A DNA stretch of 64,000 bases from IMG/VR virus record IMGVR_UViG_3300024350_000006; one strand, 5' to 3'. Positions within the stretch are counted from its first letter, which is position 1. Each line of letters starts with the position of its first letter. Origin of the DNA: a virus. Below, piece after piece: positions 9,633 through 17,921 of this stretch. The translations under genes were made by a program, and so were the position numbers. The notes below the pieces were generated by a model. The model was given only the letters and a program-made list of their open reading frames with translations. It was not told the DNA's origin and searched no databases.

Positions 9633-9797
9633 ATGACAACTGAACAGGAAATTCTGTCGTTTCAAAAAAAGTTAGAAGAACGTAATTTTGTTTTTAACGA
9701 TCGATTGCTTGAACAATTGTTTAAAGAAAAAATGGAACGTTTGCGCAGGCAAACAGAACTTAATCAAGAATTACGTCGGCTAATAAAGAGGCGATAA
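9633..9797 (+). CDS. small basic helical protein (54 aa)
   Basis: AAGGGAG RBS; MTTEQEILSFQKKLEERNFVFNDRLLEQLFKEKMERLRRQ... Confidence 0.6.
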   Translation: MTTEQEILSFQKKLEERNFVFNDRLLEQLFKEKMERLRRQTELNQELRRLIKRR

Positions 9798-9804
9798 AGC
9801 AGTA

Positions 9805-9947
9805 AAGTGCAATGTGGAACGAGGCCACTGCTCACTATAAAAAGCTAAACGGGCGGACAGTATATATGAAATCACGGCGAGAACGTTGAGAGTAAGACTA
9901 CTGGTTGGGGTGTCGACCCCAACATAATGCGAGGTAACTCGCATTAT
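9805..9947 (+). ncRNA. unknown structured RNA
   Basis: Non-coding; hairpins GTTGGGG/CCCCAAC, ATAATGCGAG-GTAA-CTCGCATTAT, CAGTA/TACTG. Confidence 0.5.
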
Positions 9948-10055
9948 TCTAAAGCACACTGGGCTAAGTACACGCCTATGCTCTGGACGCAGCCGGGCCG
10001 CCGTAAGGGGGCCTTTAAGGTGGACGGTTCGAATCCGTTAGTGTGTTTTAGAATA
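9945..10055 (+). ncRNA. stem-closed RNA cassette 1, contains a tRNA-like T-arm
   Basis: TATTCTAAAGCACACT / AGTGTGTTTTAGAATA closing stem; GACGG-TTCGAAT-CCGTT inside. Confidence 0.65.
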
Positions 10056-10109
10056 GTTCACCAAATATACTTTACAATTAGTGAGTTTGGCTATATACTA
10101 GAAAAATAC

Positions 10110-10204
10110 GGAGCGTTGGCCGAGTTGGTCGAAGGCACTTTCCTGCTAAGAAAGCATCTGGACAAAAATCTGGATCGTTGGTTCGAATCCAACACGCTCC
10201 GCCA
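10110..10204 (+). tRNA. tRNA-Ser(GCT)
   Basis: Long variable arm, loop CTGCTAA, GCCA end. Confidence 0.95.
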
Positions 10205-10223
10205 AATTATTAAGTGATGATAT

Positions 10224-10844
10224 ATGGTAAATAAAAGTTTCTTATATAAGAATATATTTTCTCAAGAAGAAGTTAATCAAATTTTAAATTTTTTTAAAAA
10301 TCAGCCAATAGCTACAAAAAATTATTTAAATTTTGATAAAAACCTTGATTACCATATTGAAGATAGTTTTGCCCATACTTTTATTAAACCAAAGATACAA
10401 GCTCTAATAGGTGATCATCATTTTGAAAACGGTAGCTACAAAGAATGTATCCAACCCTATACTATACATATAGACAATTATGCTTGGTGGGACGATACCT
10501 ATACTTTTAAAGCAGAAGAAAACCATCAATGTTTTTTGTTGATACCTCTCGTTACTAGTCCTAAATTACGTACTGTAACATTTGATATATTTTACGAAAA
10601 ACGTTATGAAATGGGAGAACCAATGCCCAGTGAATGGTTAGGTGTTAAAAATACACTAGATCTAGAAGACTTTTCGCATTGTAAGCCTGAAACCCGAGAG
10701 CAAATACAGTATCTTCCAGTTGATAGAGATTTAGAATGGCAAGCAGGCGATGTTATTAGATGGCATAAAAACCAATTACATTGCAGCACTGATTTTGCCA
10801 AATACGATTTAGTTAAAAAATTTGTATTATTGGGTCTAGCATAA
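10224..10844 (+). CDS. hypothetical, 2OG-Fe(II) oxygenase-like
   Basis: HID ... LHCS pattern. Confidence 0.6.
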   Translation: MVNKSFLYKNIFSQEEVNQILNFFKNQPIATKNYLNFDKNLDYHIEDSFAHTFIKPKIQALIGDHHFENGSYKECIQPYTIHIDNYAWWDDTYTFKAEENHQCFLLIPLVTSPKLRTVTFDIFYEKRYEMGEPMPSEWLGVKNTLDLEDFSHCKPETREQIQYLPVDRDLEWQAGDVIRWHKNQLHCSTDFAKYDLVKKFVLLGLA

Positions 10845-10853
10845 CAAAATAAA

Positions 10854-10943
10854 GGAAGTGTGGCAGAGTCCGGTTTAATGCACCTGTCTTGAAAACAGAC
10901 GATCAGAAATGGTCCGTGGGTTCGAATCCTACCACTTCCGCCA
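10854..10943 (+). tRNA. tRNA-Ser(TGA)
   Basis: Long variable arm, loop CTTGAAA, GCCA end. Confidence 0.95.
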
Positions 10944-11029
10944 GAATGTTCAAAAACTATCAATACCTATTGACTTAAATTAGAACTTAAAGTAATATGT
11001 GAACTTCATTAACTAAGTAGGAGTTCATA

Positions 11030-11287
11030 ATGAACATTAAACTTCGAGCAGCAGGTCGCACAGTGGGTATGATTGCCATAGCTACACTGGCTCCTCTGTT
11101 TGTAATGCTCTTGTTTAGGCTAGATAGTGATACACTTTTTGGTCTATTTACAATTTCCTTTTTCGCCTGGATGATCTGGGTAGTCTATTCAATTAATTTA
11201 ACGCAGTTGGAATCGGAAGAAAAAATTAAAGAGATTCAGGAACGTCGTAGTACAATGATTTCTGGTATGATTAAAGATCCGGAGTAG
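11030..11287 (+). CDS. small two-TM membrane protein
   Basis: AGGAG RBS, two hydrophobic segments; stop codon lies inside tRNA-Trp. Confidence 0.7.
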   Translation: MNIKLRAAGRTVGMIAIATLAPLFVMLLFRLDSDTLFGLFTISFFAWMIWVVYSINLTQLESEEKIKEIQERRSTMISGMIKDPE

Positions 11288-11351
11288 TATAGTGGCAGTG
11301 CGGCGGTCTCCAAAACCGTTAGTGGGGGTTCGATTCCCTCCTCCGGAGCCA
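11278..11351 (+). tRNA. tRNA-Trp(CCA)
   Basis: Cloverleaf, loop CTCCAAA. Confidence 0.93.
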
Positions 11352-11374
11352 ACAATTTTTCTAGGAGTATAATT

Positions 11375-11554
11375 ATGAAGTATCTAAGACTTGCAGTTCC
11401 TACTAGCATTTTTATTTTGTGTTTTCTTAATCTTGCCTTGGCTGTACATCAACACAATGATATGGCGATATGGGCTAATGTAACAGCCCTGTTTGGTTGG
11501 TTAATTGTCAGCGCAGACGAATACACCTATTTTAAGACTAGAGGGACATTGTGA
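11375..11554 (+). CDS. small membrane protein (59 aa), paralog of the next ORF
   Basis: AGGAG RBS; MKYLRLAVPTSIFILCFLNL...GWLIV. Confidence 0.6.
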   Translation: MKYLRLAVPTSIFILCFLNLALAVHQHNDMAIWANVTALFGWLIVSADEYTYFKTRGTL

Positions 11555-11742
11555 AAGGCAGTATATTAAAAATAATTGTACCCGTGCTTTTAGTAATAAT
11601 GGGGGCGATTGGTATAGGCACGTATTATGTGCAGGGGAATATGCCAGCAGTGTCTGGATATTTTAGTGCAACACTGGGTTGGCTTATTGTAGCTGGTTTC
11701 AATACAGTCAATTATATTAAAGAGAAAGAATATCTTGTTTAA
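11551..11742 (+). CDS. small membrane protein
   Basis: Two TM segments, shares GWLIV with the upstream ORF, GTGA overlap. Confidence 0.6.
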   Translation: MKGSILKIIVPVLLVIMGAIGIGTYYVQGNMPAVSGYFSATLGWLIVAGFNTVNYIKEKEYLV

Positions 11743-11923
11743 ATTTCCTCTACGTGAATGGCCACATTATATTAAATGGAAATGGCAACAGTTGTTTAGA
11801 CGTAAAAATTTTATGTAATAAAGATAGTCCGGCCTGTAGTTGGGGTATAGCTAGAATTTACTAGTGAACGTATAGGACGCTATGCGCTACGGACATCTAG
11901 GAGGTAATAAGCCTCCAACCTAT

Positions 11924-12001
11924 GCATCGGTACCAGAGAGGCCTAATGGCGGGGTCTGCAAAACCTTCGATTCGCTGGTTCGAATCCAGCCCGATGCTCC
12001 A
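11924..12001 (+). tRNA. tRNA-Cys(GCA)
   Basis: Cloverleaf, loop CTGCAAA, TCCA end. Confidence 0.93.
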
Positions 12002-12012
12002 GGATACTTTGA

Positions 12013-12085
12013 TGCGGGTTAGGGAAGAGGTCATCCCGTTAGGCTCATAACCTGAAGATCGTTGGTTCGAATCCAGCACCCGCTT
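12013..12085 (+). tRNA. tRNA-Met(CAT), initiator-like, no encoded CCA
   Basis: Unpaired 1:72, GGCTCATAACC arm as in fMet tRNAs. Confidence 0.8.
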
Positions 12086-12117
12086 CAAAGTATCTTGCCA
12101 ATCTTATAAATATTTTT

Positions 12118-12354
12118 ATGTTATGGGATTGGCATATCTTCCAGTACCGAGCGGAAATACCCTGGCCACAGATGCCCGATGCGCAACTGGACTGGGTCTG
12201 GGGGTTATACTCCGTGGAAAACTGGTTGACCTCTAATGTGGGCCCTAGATATTCTAACTGGGCTTTTGAACCCACTGATCAAATTTACAATATAGGTGTC
12301 GCTTTCCGCTGGGAGCGAGATCAAGTTCTTTTCGTCCTTAAATGGACTCAGTAA
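12118..12354 (+). CDS. hypothetical protein
   Basis: TATAAATA motif upstream; ends in LFVLKW like several paralogs at 44-46 kb. Confidence 0.65.
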   Translation: MLWDWHIFQYRAEIPWPQMPDAQLDWVWGLYSVENWLTSNVGPRYSNWAFEPTDQIYNIGVAFRWERDQVLFVLKWTQ

Positions 12355-12364
12355 AATAATTTAT

Positions 12365-12457
12365 ACTTGGGTAGTGTAACGGTAGCACGACGAGATTTAT
12401 AACCTCGATACGCTAGATGGGCGGTTAGAGAGGGTTCGAATCCCTCCCCAAGTACCA
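12365..12457 (+). tRNA. atypical tRNA, anticodon TAT (Ile), long variable arm
   Basis: ACTTGGG/CCCAAGT acceptor, loop TTTATAA, ~22 nt variable region, T-arm, ACCA. Confidence 0.8.
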
Positions 12458-12464
12458 AAACAAT

Positions 12465-12540
12465 GCGGGCGTAGCTCAGTTGGTAGAGCGTTACCTTGCC
12501 AAGGTAAATGTCGTCAGTTCGAACCTGATCGCCCGCTCCA
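12465..12540 (+). tRNA. tRNA-Gly(GCC)
   Basis: Canonical cloverleaf. Confidence 0.96.
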
Positions 12541-12637
12541 GTTACTTTAAGGGGAAACAAAATGGGGCAATCGCAGTTTTTATTCTTGTAGTGTACTTAC
12601 TGGTCCTAATCGATAATAATGTAAAATAAATATTTGG

Positions 12638-12859
12638 ATGATTTATGTTGACTATGATAACACTGGACTAGAGATTTATATGGTCACTAATGATTACAAC
12701 GAATGTTTAATTAGGACTACCAATCGCGGCCTAGCCTATTTTGTAGATAAACACAGTCGCGGTCTTAAACAGGGGATGTTTCTTGTAGTTGGAGGAGACC
12801 CTGGATCAAGAAAAGCTAGGCGCCCAATATTTCATCATATAAGGCGTTATTCCAGGTAG
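12638..12859 (+). CDS. hypothetical protein
   Basis: ORF downstream of TAAATA motif. Confidence 0.6.
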   Translation: MIYVDYDNTGLEIYMVTNDYNECLIRTTNRGLAYFVDKHSRGLKQGMFLVVGGDPGSRKARRPIFHHIRRYSR

Positions 12860-12922
12860 TTGTTCAAAAAACTTGTGTTAAATGTATTTTCAAGTATAAT
12901 GTAAGGCAGTTAGGAAAAAATT

Positions 12923-13192
12923 ATGGATATTACAGTAGCAACAAATTTTGTAACAAGTACTTTATTGATTAGCGTGGCCTGTATGATAGTAGCAGGTTGT
13001 GCAATTTTAATTAACAATATGATTCACAGATGGTGGAAGCCTTTAAGCTGGAGTATTGTGCCGCAGAGTATAAAGGATGTTATATCAGGAAACTTTGAAC
13101 AACCTGCCAAGGAAGTTAAAGAACCTGTAAAACAAGAACCACACATTGAACATCAGGAAAATACAGTAACACAAGTACGAGTTAAAGATTAA
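12923..13192 (+). CDS. hypothetical membrane protein
   Basis: N-terminal TM helix, AGGA RBS. Confidence 0.65.
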   Translation: MDITVATNFVTSTLLISVACMIVAGCAILINNMIHRWWKPLSWSIVPQSIKDVISGNFEQPAKEVKEPVKQEPHIEHQENTVTQVRVKD

Positions 13193-13198
13193 TTTCTA

Positions 13199-13274
13199 GC
13201 CGCTGTAGCTCAGTTGGTAGAGCGCCTGATTTGTAATCAGGATGTCGAGGGTTCGATTCCTTTCGGCGGCACCA
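13199..13274 (+). tRNA. tRNA-Thr(TGT)
   Basis: Canonical cloverleaf. Confidence 0.96.
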
Positions 13275-13277
13275 AGA

Positions 13278-13480
13278 ACCTCGTAGTCCCATCTACGTTA
13301 TTAACTGGGGGTAAATTGGCTTCACCATAATGCCAGGGCTCATACGATGATAGCCTCAAGGCCCGCTATATGGGCGACTTGAAAAATCGTAGGTGGGTAC
13401 TACGCCTTGCCAGAAGTAAATGTAGAGGACGGAGTAACAGCCCAGTCTGGGGCTGATGAGGATCAGTAGCCAGACAACTT
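13278..13480 (+). ncRNA. unknown structured RNA (family A, copy 1)
   Basis: CGTAGTCCCATCTACG pairs with CGTAGGTGGGTACTACG; terminal GTCTGG/CCAGAC hairpin; motifs shared with 22440-22630. Confidence 0.6.
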
Positions 13481-13648
13481 ATTTTTTTAACCTAGGTACT
13501 ATTGTAGTATGCTAGGTTTTTTTATGCGTTGACAACAAGGAGATCCTGTTATGGATAGTGACAAGAAGGGTCTATTAAGATATGGTTGGACATATCGCGA
13601 TAGGCTTAAACGAGCAGCAATAATGTTCCAACTATATGGTATTACAAT

Positions 13649-13725
13649 GGGTGCGTAACTCAACTGGTTAGAGTAATCGGCTTTTAACCGATAAGTTGTG
13701 AGTTCGAGTCTCACCGCACCTACCA
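13649..13725 (+). tRNA. tRNA-Lys(TTT)
   Basis: Cloverleaf, loop CTTTTAA. Confidence 0.95.
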
Positions 13726-13811
13726 TATAAAAACACATTCGAATATAATAATAATAGCGCCCGGGGCTATGGAGAGTATACGACTGTCCAGGAATGTGTT
13801 TTTATATGGTA
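13721..13811 (+). ncRNA. stem-closed RNA cassette 2
   Basis: Perfect 20 bp inverted repeat TACCATATAAAAACACATTC / GAATGTGTTTTTATATGGTA. Confidence 0.6.
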
Positions 13812-14177
13812 CTAGTAAAAACTTATCTAGGGCCTAGCCCTATACACGGACTGGGAGTATTTGCAGATGAATTTGTCCCACAAGGAACTAAAATCTGGCA
13901 GCTAACACCAGGTCTAGATCTAGAGTGGTGTTATTTGGATTTTATTTCTCTACCACTCGCCGCACGAGAGTACATATTACATTGGGGATACAAAGATCCT
14001 GAATCTCAAATGTACAGATTAAGTTTTGACAATGACAGATTTATGAATTGGAGTCGAACTCCAAATGTCGTAGGTAATAGCAATGAAACATTTGCGGCTA
14101 GAGATATTGACAAAGGTGAAGAATTAACTTATCCATATTCCGAAGATTTATTAGGAGATCAAGATGCCAATGTATGA
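13806..14177 (+). CDS. SET domain protein (lysine methyltransferase-like)
   Basis: SPIHGLGVFA...RFMNWS..PN...AARDIDKGEELTYPY. Confidence 0.88.
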   Translation: MVLVKTYLGPSPIHGLGVFADEFVPQGTKIWQLTPGLDLEWCYLDFISLPLAAREYILHWGYKDPESQMYRLSFDNDRFMNWSRTPNVVGNSNETFAARDIDKGEELTYPYSEDLLGDQDANV

Positions 14178-14313
14178 AACTACTGTGCGTACTCCTCAGG
14201 GAGAGACTAAAGATAGGGTGTATGCCAAGGATCTTCAAGAAGCTCGTCAACTATTTGAGCAGCGACACGGTCCTAGGAATGTACCTTATATTCCCAAAGT
14301 TATACCTAGTTAA
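14164..14313 (+). CDS. small hypothetical protein (49 aa)
   Basis: AGGAG RBS; MPMYETTVRTPQGETKDRVYA... Confidence 0.6.
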   Translation: MPMYETTVRTPQGETKDRVYAKDLQEARQLFEQRHGPRNVPYIPKVIPS

Positions 14314-14317
14314 TAAA

Positions 14318-14392
14318 GGAAGCGTAGCATAATGGTAGTGCAACACCTTCATACGGTGCGCTGTGGGGGTTCGACTCCCTCCGCTTCTACCA
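14318..14392 (+). tRNA. tRNA-Met(CAT)
   Basis: Cloverleaf, loop TTCATAC. Confidence 0.85.
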
Positions 14393-14411
14393 ATTTAACT
14401 AAAATAAATTT

Positions 14412-14729
14412 ATGAAAAAATGTCTTCATTGTGGTATTAAACATTCTCAAAAAATATCCACCTGCACAGTATGTAGAAACGGCCTACGCAGATATGGGAT
14501 GACTAGATTGGATATGTTAGCTCTGCACAAAAAACAAAAAGAAAAATGTTATTTGTGTGGGGTAAAATTAGAAATGTTTGTGGGTGCCCGCGGCGGTATG
14601 ATAGATCACTGCCACAAGACTGGGCAAGTAAGAAGTATCCTGTGCTGTAAATGCAACACCGCAGTGGGTGGAATAGAAACTCACAAAAATGTCAAAAAGT
14701 TATTAGAATATGTAAAACTCGGGGAGTAG
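14412..14729 (+). CDS. endonuclease VII-family (His-Me) nuclease, possibly a homing endonuclease
   Basis: CYLC...IDHCHKTGQVRSILCCKCN. Confidence 0.88.
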   Translation: MKKCLHCGIKHSQKISTCTVCRNGLRRYGMTRLDMLALHKKQKEKCYLCGVKLEMFVGARGGMIDHCHKTGQVRSILCCKCNTAVGGIETHKNVKKLLEYVKLGE

Positions 14730-14797
14730 CTTAGTCTGGTTAAAGCGCCTGCTTTGGGAGCAGGAGATCGAGAGTTCGAATCCCTCTTCCCCGACCA
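14720..14797 (+). tRNA. tRNA-Pro(TGG)
   Basis: Cloverleaf, loop TTTGGGA. Confidence 0.95.
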
Positions 14798-14798
14798 A

Positions 14799-15230
14799 TT
14801 ATTTAGGTGCCCAGGCGTTACAGCAAGCTCTGGGTTTCACCTTAGTATCTAGATTGAAAAAATCAGGAATTTTTTGGTTTAAAGTTTCAAAAAACGTACA
14901 AGTAGTTCCTTCTAGTGCCACACAGTTTTCACATCTAACCTTGGCAACTACGTAGCCTGCATCCTTGGGTGTAATAGAGTCCATTATAACCTGATTATCT
15001 GCAGGTACACCCTGTACGTAGAGACTACAACTGCCTTCAGCAACCACCTTGTAGTTTTTGCTAAACAGTGTGCATCTTTCACTGTCCGGCATAAAATGAG
15101 AACAGCTACTACACTGAGCAAAGTCCTTGATGTTATTCCTGGGTTCTAGGTAGATAAATGCGTCCCTACGAACTTTGTCAGAACTTTTTGTTGCTTCGGT
15201 AATTATGTTTATGTAGGATCTTAAATTCAT
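14799..15230 (-). CDS. Cys-rich protein with two HiPIP-like repeats
   Basis: CSSCSHF...C...GSCSLY and CENC...C...ACCNAW; TAAATA upstream on the - strand. Confidence 0.65.
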   Translation of the reverse strand: MNLRSYINIITEATKSSDKVRRDAFIYLEPRNNIKDFAQCSSCSHFMPDSERCTLFSKNYKVVAEGSCSLYVQGVPADNQVIMDSITPKDAGYVVAKVRCENCVALEGTTCTFFETLNQKIPDFFNLDTKVKPRACCNAWAPK

Positions 15231-15247
15231 AGTAATATTTATTTTAT

Positions 15248-15322
15248 GCCTTCGTAGCTCAGTGGTAGAGCATCGTCTTGATAAGGCGAGGGTCGGTGGA
15301 TCGTTCCCACCCGGAGGTACCA
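15248..15322 (+). tRNA. tRNA-Ile(GAT)
   Basis: Cloverleaf; atypical T-loop ATCGTTC. Confidence 0.9.
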
Positions 15323-15329
15323 GAACAAT

Positions 15330-15406
15330 TGGGGATTCGCCAAGTTGGTCAAGGCATCGGATTTTGATTCCGACATTCATAGGTTCGAATCCTATATCCC
15401 CTACCA
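15330..15406 (+). tRNA. tRNA-Gln(TTG)
   Basis: Cloverleaf, loop TTTTGAT. Confidence 0.92.
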
Positions 15407-15413
15407 TAACAAT

Positions 15414-15489
15414 GGTGACTGTAGCATAACGGTAGTGCCACGGATTGTGATTCCGTACAGTGTGAGTTCGACTCTCATCAGTCACCCCA
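15414..15489 (+). tRNA. tRNA-His(GTG)
   Basis: G-1/C73, loop TTGTGAT. Confidence 0.94.
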
Positions 15490-15495
15490 ATTTAA

Positions 15496-15571
15496 GCCGT
15501 CCAAGCTAACCTAGTGGAAGCGTCTGTCTGAAGAACAGAATGGCCTGGAGCGTAACCAGGGGTCGGCACCA
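15496..15571 (+). tRNA. tRNA-Phe(GAA), atypical
   Basis: Loop CTGAAGA; A8 and T-loop AGCGTAA deviate from consensus. Confidence 0.82.
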
Positions 15572-15575
15572 ATTA

Positions 15576-15650
15576 CGGTCCGTAGCTCAGCGGAAGAGTT
15601 CTGGTCTTCGAAACCAGCTGTCGGGAGTTCGAATCTCTCCGGACCGGCCA
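15576..15650 (+). tRNA. tRNA-Arg(TCG)
   Basis: Cloverleaf, loop CTTCGAA. Confidence 0.92.
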
Positions 15651-15822
15651 GCAAAATAAAATTAGTCTTGCTAGGTGATAAATACAAGTGCAACGCCAAG
15701 TTAATTGACGTCGGCAATTCAAACGACGCTTGACATATTGATGTCTTTACTGTATTGTTAATACAGAACGCCAGCCGTGAGCAGGATGCACTGCGAGCAC
15801 TACACCAACACAAGGACAAATA

Positions 15823-16866
15823 ATGAAAACTAGACCATTGAAAAATTATGGTGCTAGTGTTGGACTTGAAGCTTATGATATTGATTGGAACTCTCAAGAA
15901 GAAATTCTTGAACTAGGTCGTCTAGCAGCCAGTCAGTGTGTAGTAGTTGTCAATGAACACATTAGCACCGAGCAACTTTATAAAACTATGATTAACTGGG
16001 GCGATGTAAGTCATCCCATTATAACTGACTATGTAAGTCGTAAACTATTAACAGGCAGTCACTGGCGCGAGCTAACACTTAATCTGCGCTATATAACAAG
16101 TGAAGTTCCTGAACTTAAATCCGTAGCACTAGTAAGTTACCTTAAAAAAGAAAAAGATAGACCACGCGGTTTATTTTCCAATGGAGAACTTGACTGGCAC
16201 AGTGATCAATGCGCTATAGACGACGGACAACGAGTTATTGGTCTTCAAAGTATAAGTGATACAGCAAACAGCCAGACACAATTTTTATGCACACACGATG
16301 CCTACGAGTCATTAAGCTCGGATATGCGTAGTATGATCAAGGAATTGGTCTGTAAGCACCGTTGGTATGAGGGACTTATGGCACCTGGCTTAAACAGGGC
16401 TCAGTCAATGATGCTTAGATATAATATGGTACCCATTGACGGACTTGAAACAAACTTATATTCAGAAACTGCCAGCGGCTTAACTGGAATAAAAATTCCT
16501 AGTCATACCTTTGATGGATTTGTGGGTATGAGCCGTGAAGAAAGTATTAAATTACTAGATGAAATTAAATCAGTAGTCTACAACGATCGTTACGTGCATA
16601 CACAAGACTGGCAGGATGGGCAGATTGTGTTTATGGACCAAGAGATTACTCTACACAAACGACCAACTAATGTAAAAGACGGTGATCGTCGTACAATGGC
16701 ACGTAGTATTACCTATGTTAACTATTTGTACCCTGACAGCGCATACGCCATAAGAAGATCAACTTACAAATATCAAGGTTCAGTTTATACTGAAGAAGAT
16801 TTTGTAAAATTAGTTGATCAAGACCGTCGCACACAATATGAACAAGAATTGGAGTTTGCAGAATGA
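15823..16866 (+). CDS. TauD/TfdA family 2OG-Fe(II) dioxygenase
   Basis: WHSD, TQF, WQDGQIVFMD..TLHKR, R motifs. Confidence 0.9.
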   Translation: MKTRPLKNYGASVGLEAYDIDWNSQEEILELGRLAASQCVVVVNEHISTEQLYKTMINWGDVSHPIITDYVSRKLLTGSHWRELTLNLRYITSEVPELKSVALVSYLKKEKDRPRGLFSNGELDWHSDQCAIDDGQRVIGLQSISDTANSQTQFLCTHDAYESLSSDMRSMIKELVCKHRWYEGLMAPGLNRAQSMMLRYNMVPIDGLETNLYSETASGLTGIKIPSHTFDGFVGMSREESIKLLDEIKSVVYNDRYVHTQDWQDGQIVFMDQEITLHKRPTNVKDGDRRTMARSITYVNYLYPDSAYAIRRSTYKYQGSVYTEEDFVKLVDQDRRTQYEQELEFAE

Positions 16867-17921
16867 AAATAAGACCATTAAAAAATTACCAGGGTAGCAT
16901 AGGTGTAGAAGTCTATGACATAGACCTCACACAGGACGATGAAATATTTGAGCTTGGTAAGCTAGTAGCAGATCAATGTGTGGTATTCATTGATCAGGGA
17001 GTACCAACACAACGGTTATACGATGTAATGACTCAGTGGGGAAGTCCTAGTCGAGCTCTAATCCATAACTACATAGTAAGTCAGAGACTAAGTGGACGCC
17101 ATTGGCGTGATTTATTCCTACAATTAGGTTACATCAATAATGGTATGGGTGAACTTGCTGGCGCAGTTAGTCGTGTTAGCTACCTAAAAGATGATCGAGG
17201 CCGGCCTAAAGGAATTTTTAGTAACGGAGAATTAGATTGGCACAGTGATCAGTGTGCATTTGATGATGCACCTCGTATGATTGGCCTAATGAGTGTGAGC
17301 GACAGTGCAGGTAGTCAGACACAGTTTATGCCCACACACGATCAATTTATGTCCTTGAGTTCAGATATGCAAAGTATGGTAAAAGAACTTGTAGTGCGTC
17401 ATAAATGGCGTGAAGGGGAAGAAGGATGTGCCCCGGGACTAAATCGTGAACAGACTATGATTATTCATTATAACGGTGTGCCACTAGACGGAATGGAAAC
17501 AAAGTTATACAGCGAAACAGTCACTGGACGCCCGGGGGTAAAATTCCCTCACTTTGATTTTGATGGGTTTGTGGGAATGAGCCAGGAAGAAAGCTGGCGC
17601 CTTTACCGTGAATTAAAGAAACATTTTTATGATGATCGTTATGTCTACACGCAGGATTGGCAGGATGGACAGATTGTGTTTATGGATCAAGAGATCACTC
17701 TACACAAGCGACCAACAAATATTCTAGATGGCGACAAAAGGATGATGCATAGGGTAATAACTTATCTTAATAAAATTAATCCCAACATTCAACCAGCGCA
17801 GACTGTCCGATATCGTGGTGAGATTTACACTCACGATGAATTTGCAAAATTAGTTGATGCAGACCGTCGCAGACAATATGAACAGGAACTTGATGAACAA
17901 GCAAGACTCCAACCATATTAA
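16863..17921 (+). CDS. TauD/TfdA family dioxygenase (tandem paralog)
   Basis: Same motifs, clearly paralogous to the upstream gene. Confidence 0.9.
   Translation: MKIRPLKNYQGSIGVEVYDIDLTQDDEIFELGKLVADQCVVFIDQGVPTQRLYDVMTQWGSPSRALIHNYIVSQRLSGRHWRDLFLQLGYINNGMGELAGAVSRVSYLKDDRGRPKGIFSNGELDWHSDQCAFDDAPRMIGLMSVSDSAGSQTQFMPTHDQFMSLSSDMQSMVKELVVRHKWREGEEGCAPGLNREQTMIIHYNGVPLDGMETKLYSETVTGRPGVKFPHFDFDGFVGMSQEESWRLYRELKKHFYDDRYVYTQDWQDGQIVFMDQEITLHKRPTNILDGDKRMMHRVITYLNKINPNIQPAQTVRYRGEIYTHDEFAKLVDADRRRQYEQELDEQARLQPY

Noticed and set aside
9927-10217. 96-aa ORF in the track
   Set aside because: It overlaps RNA cassette 1 and tRNA-Ser(GCT); the RNA structures explain the sequence better.
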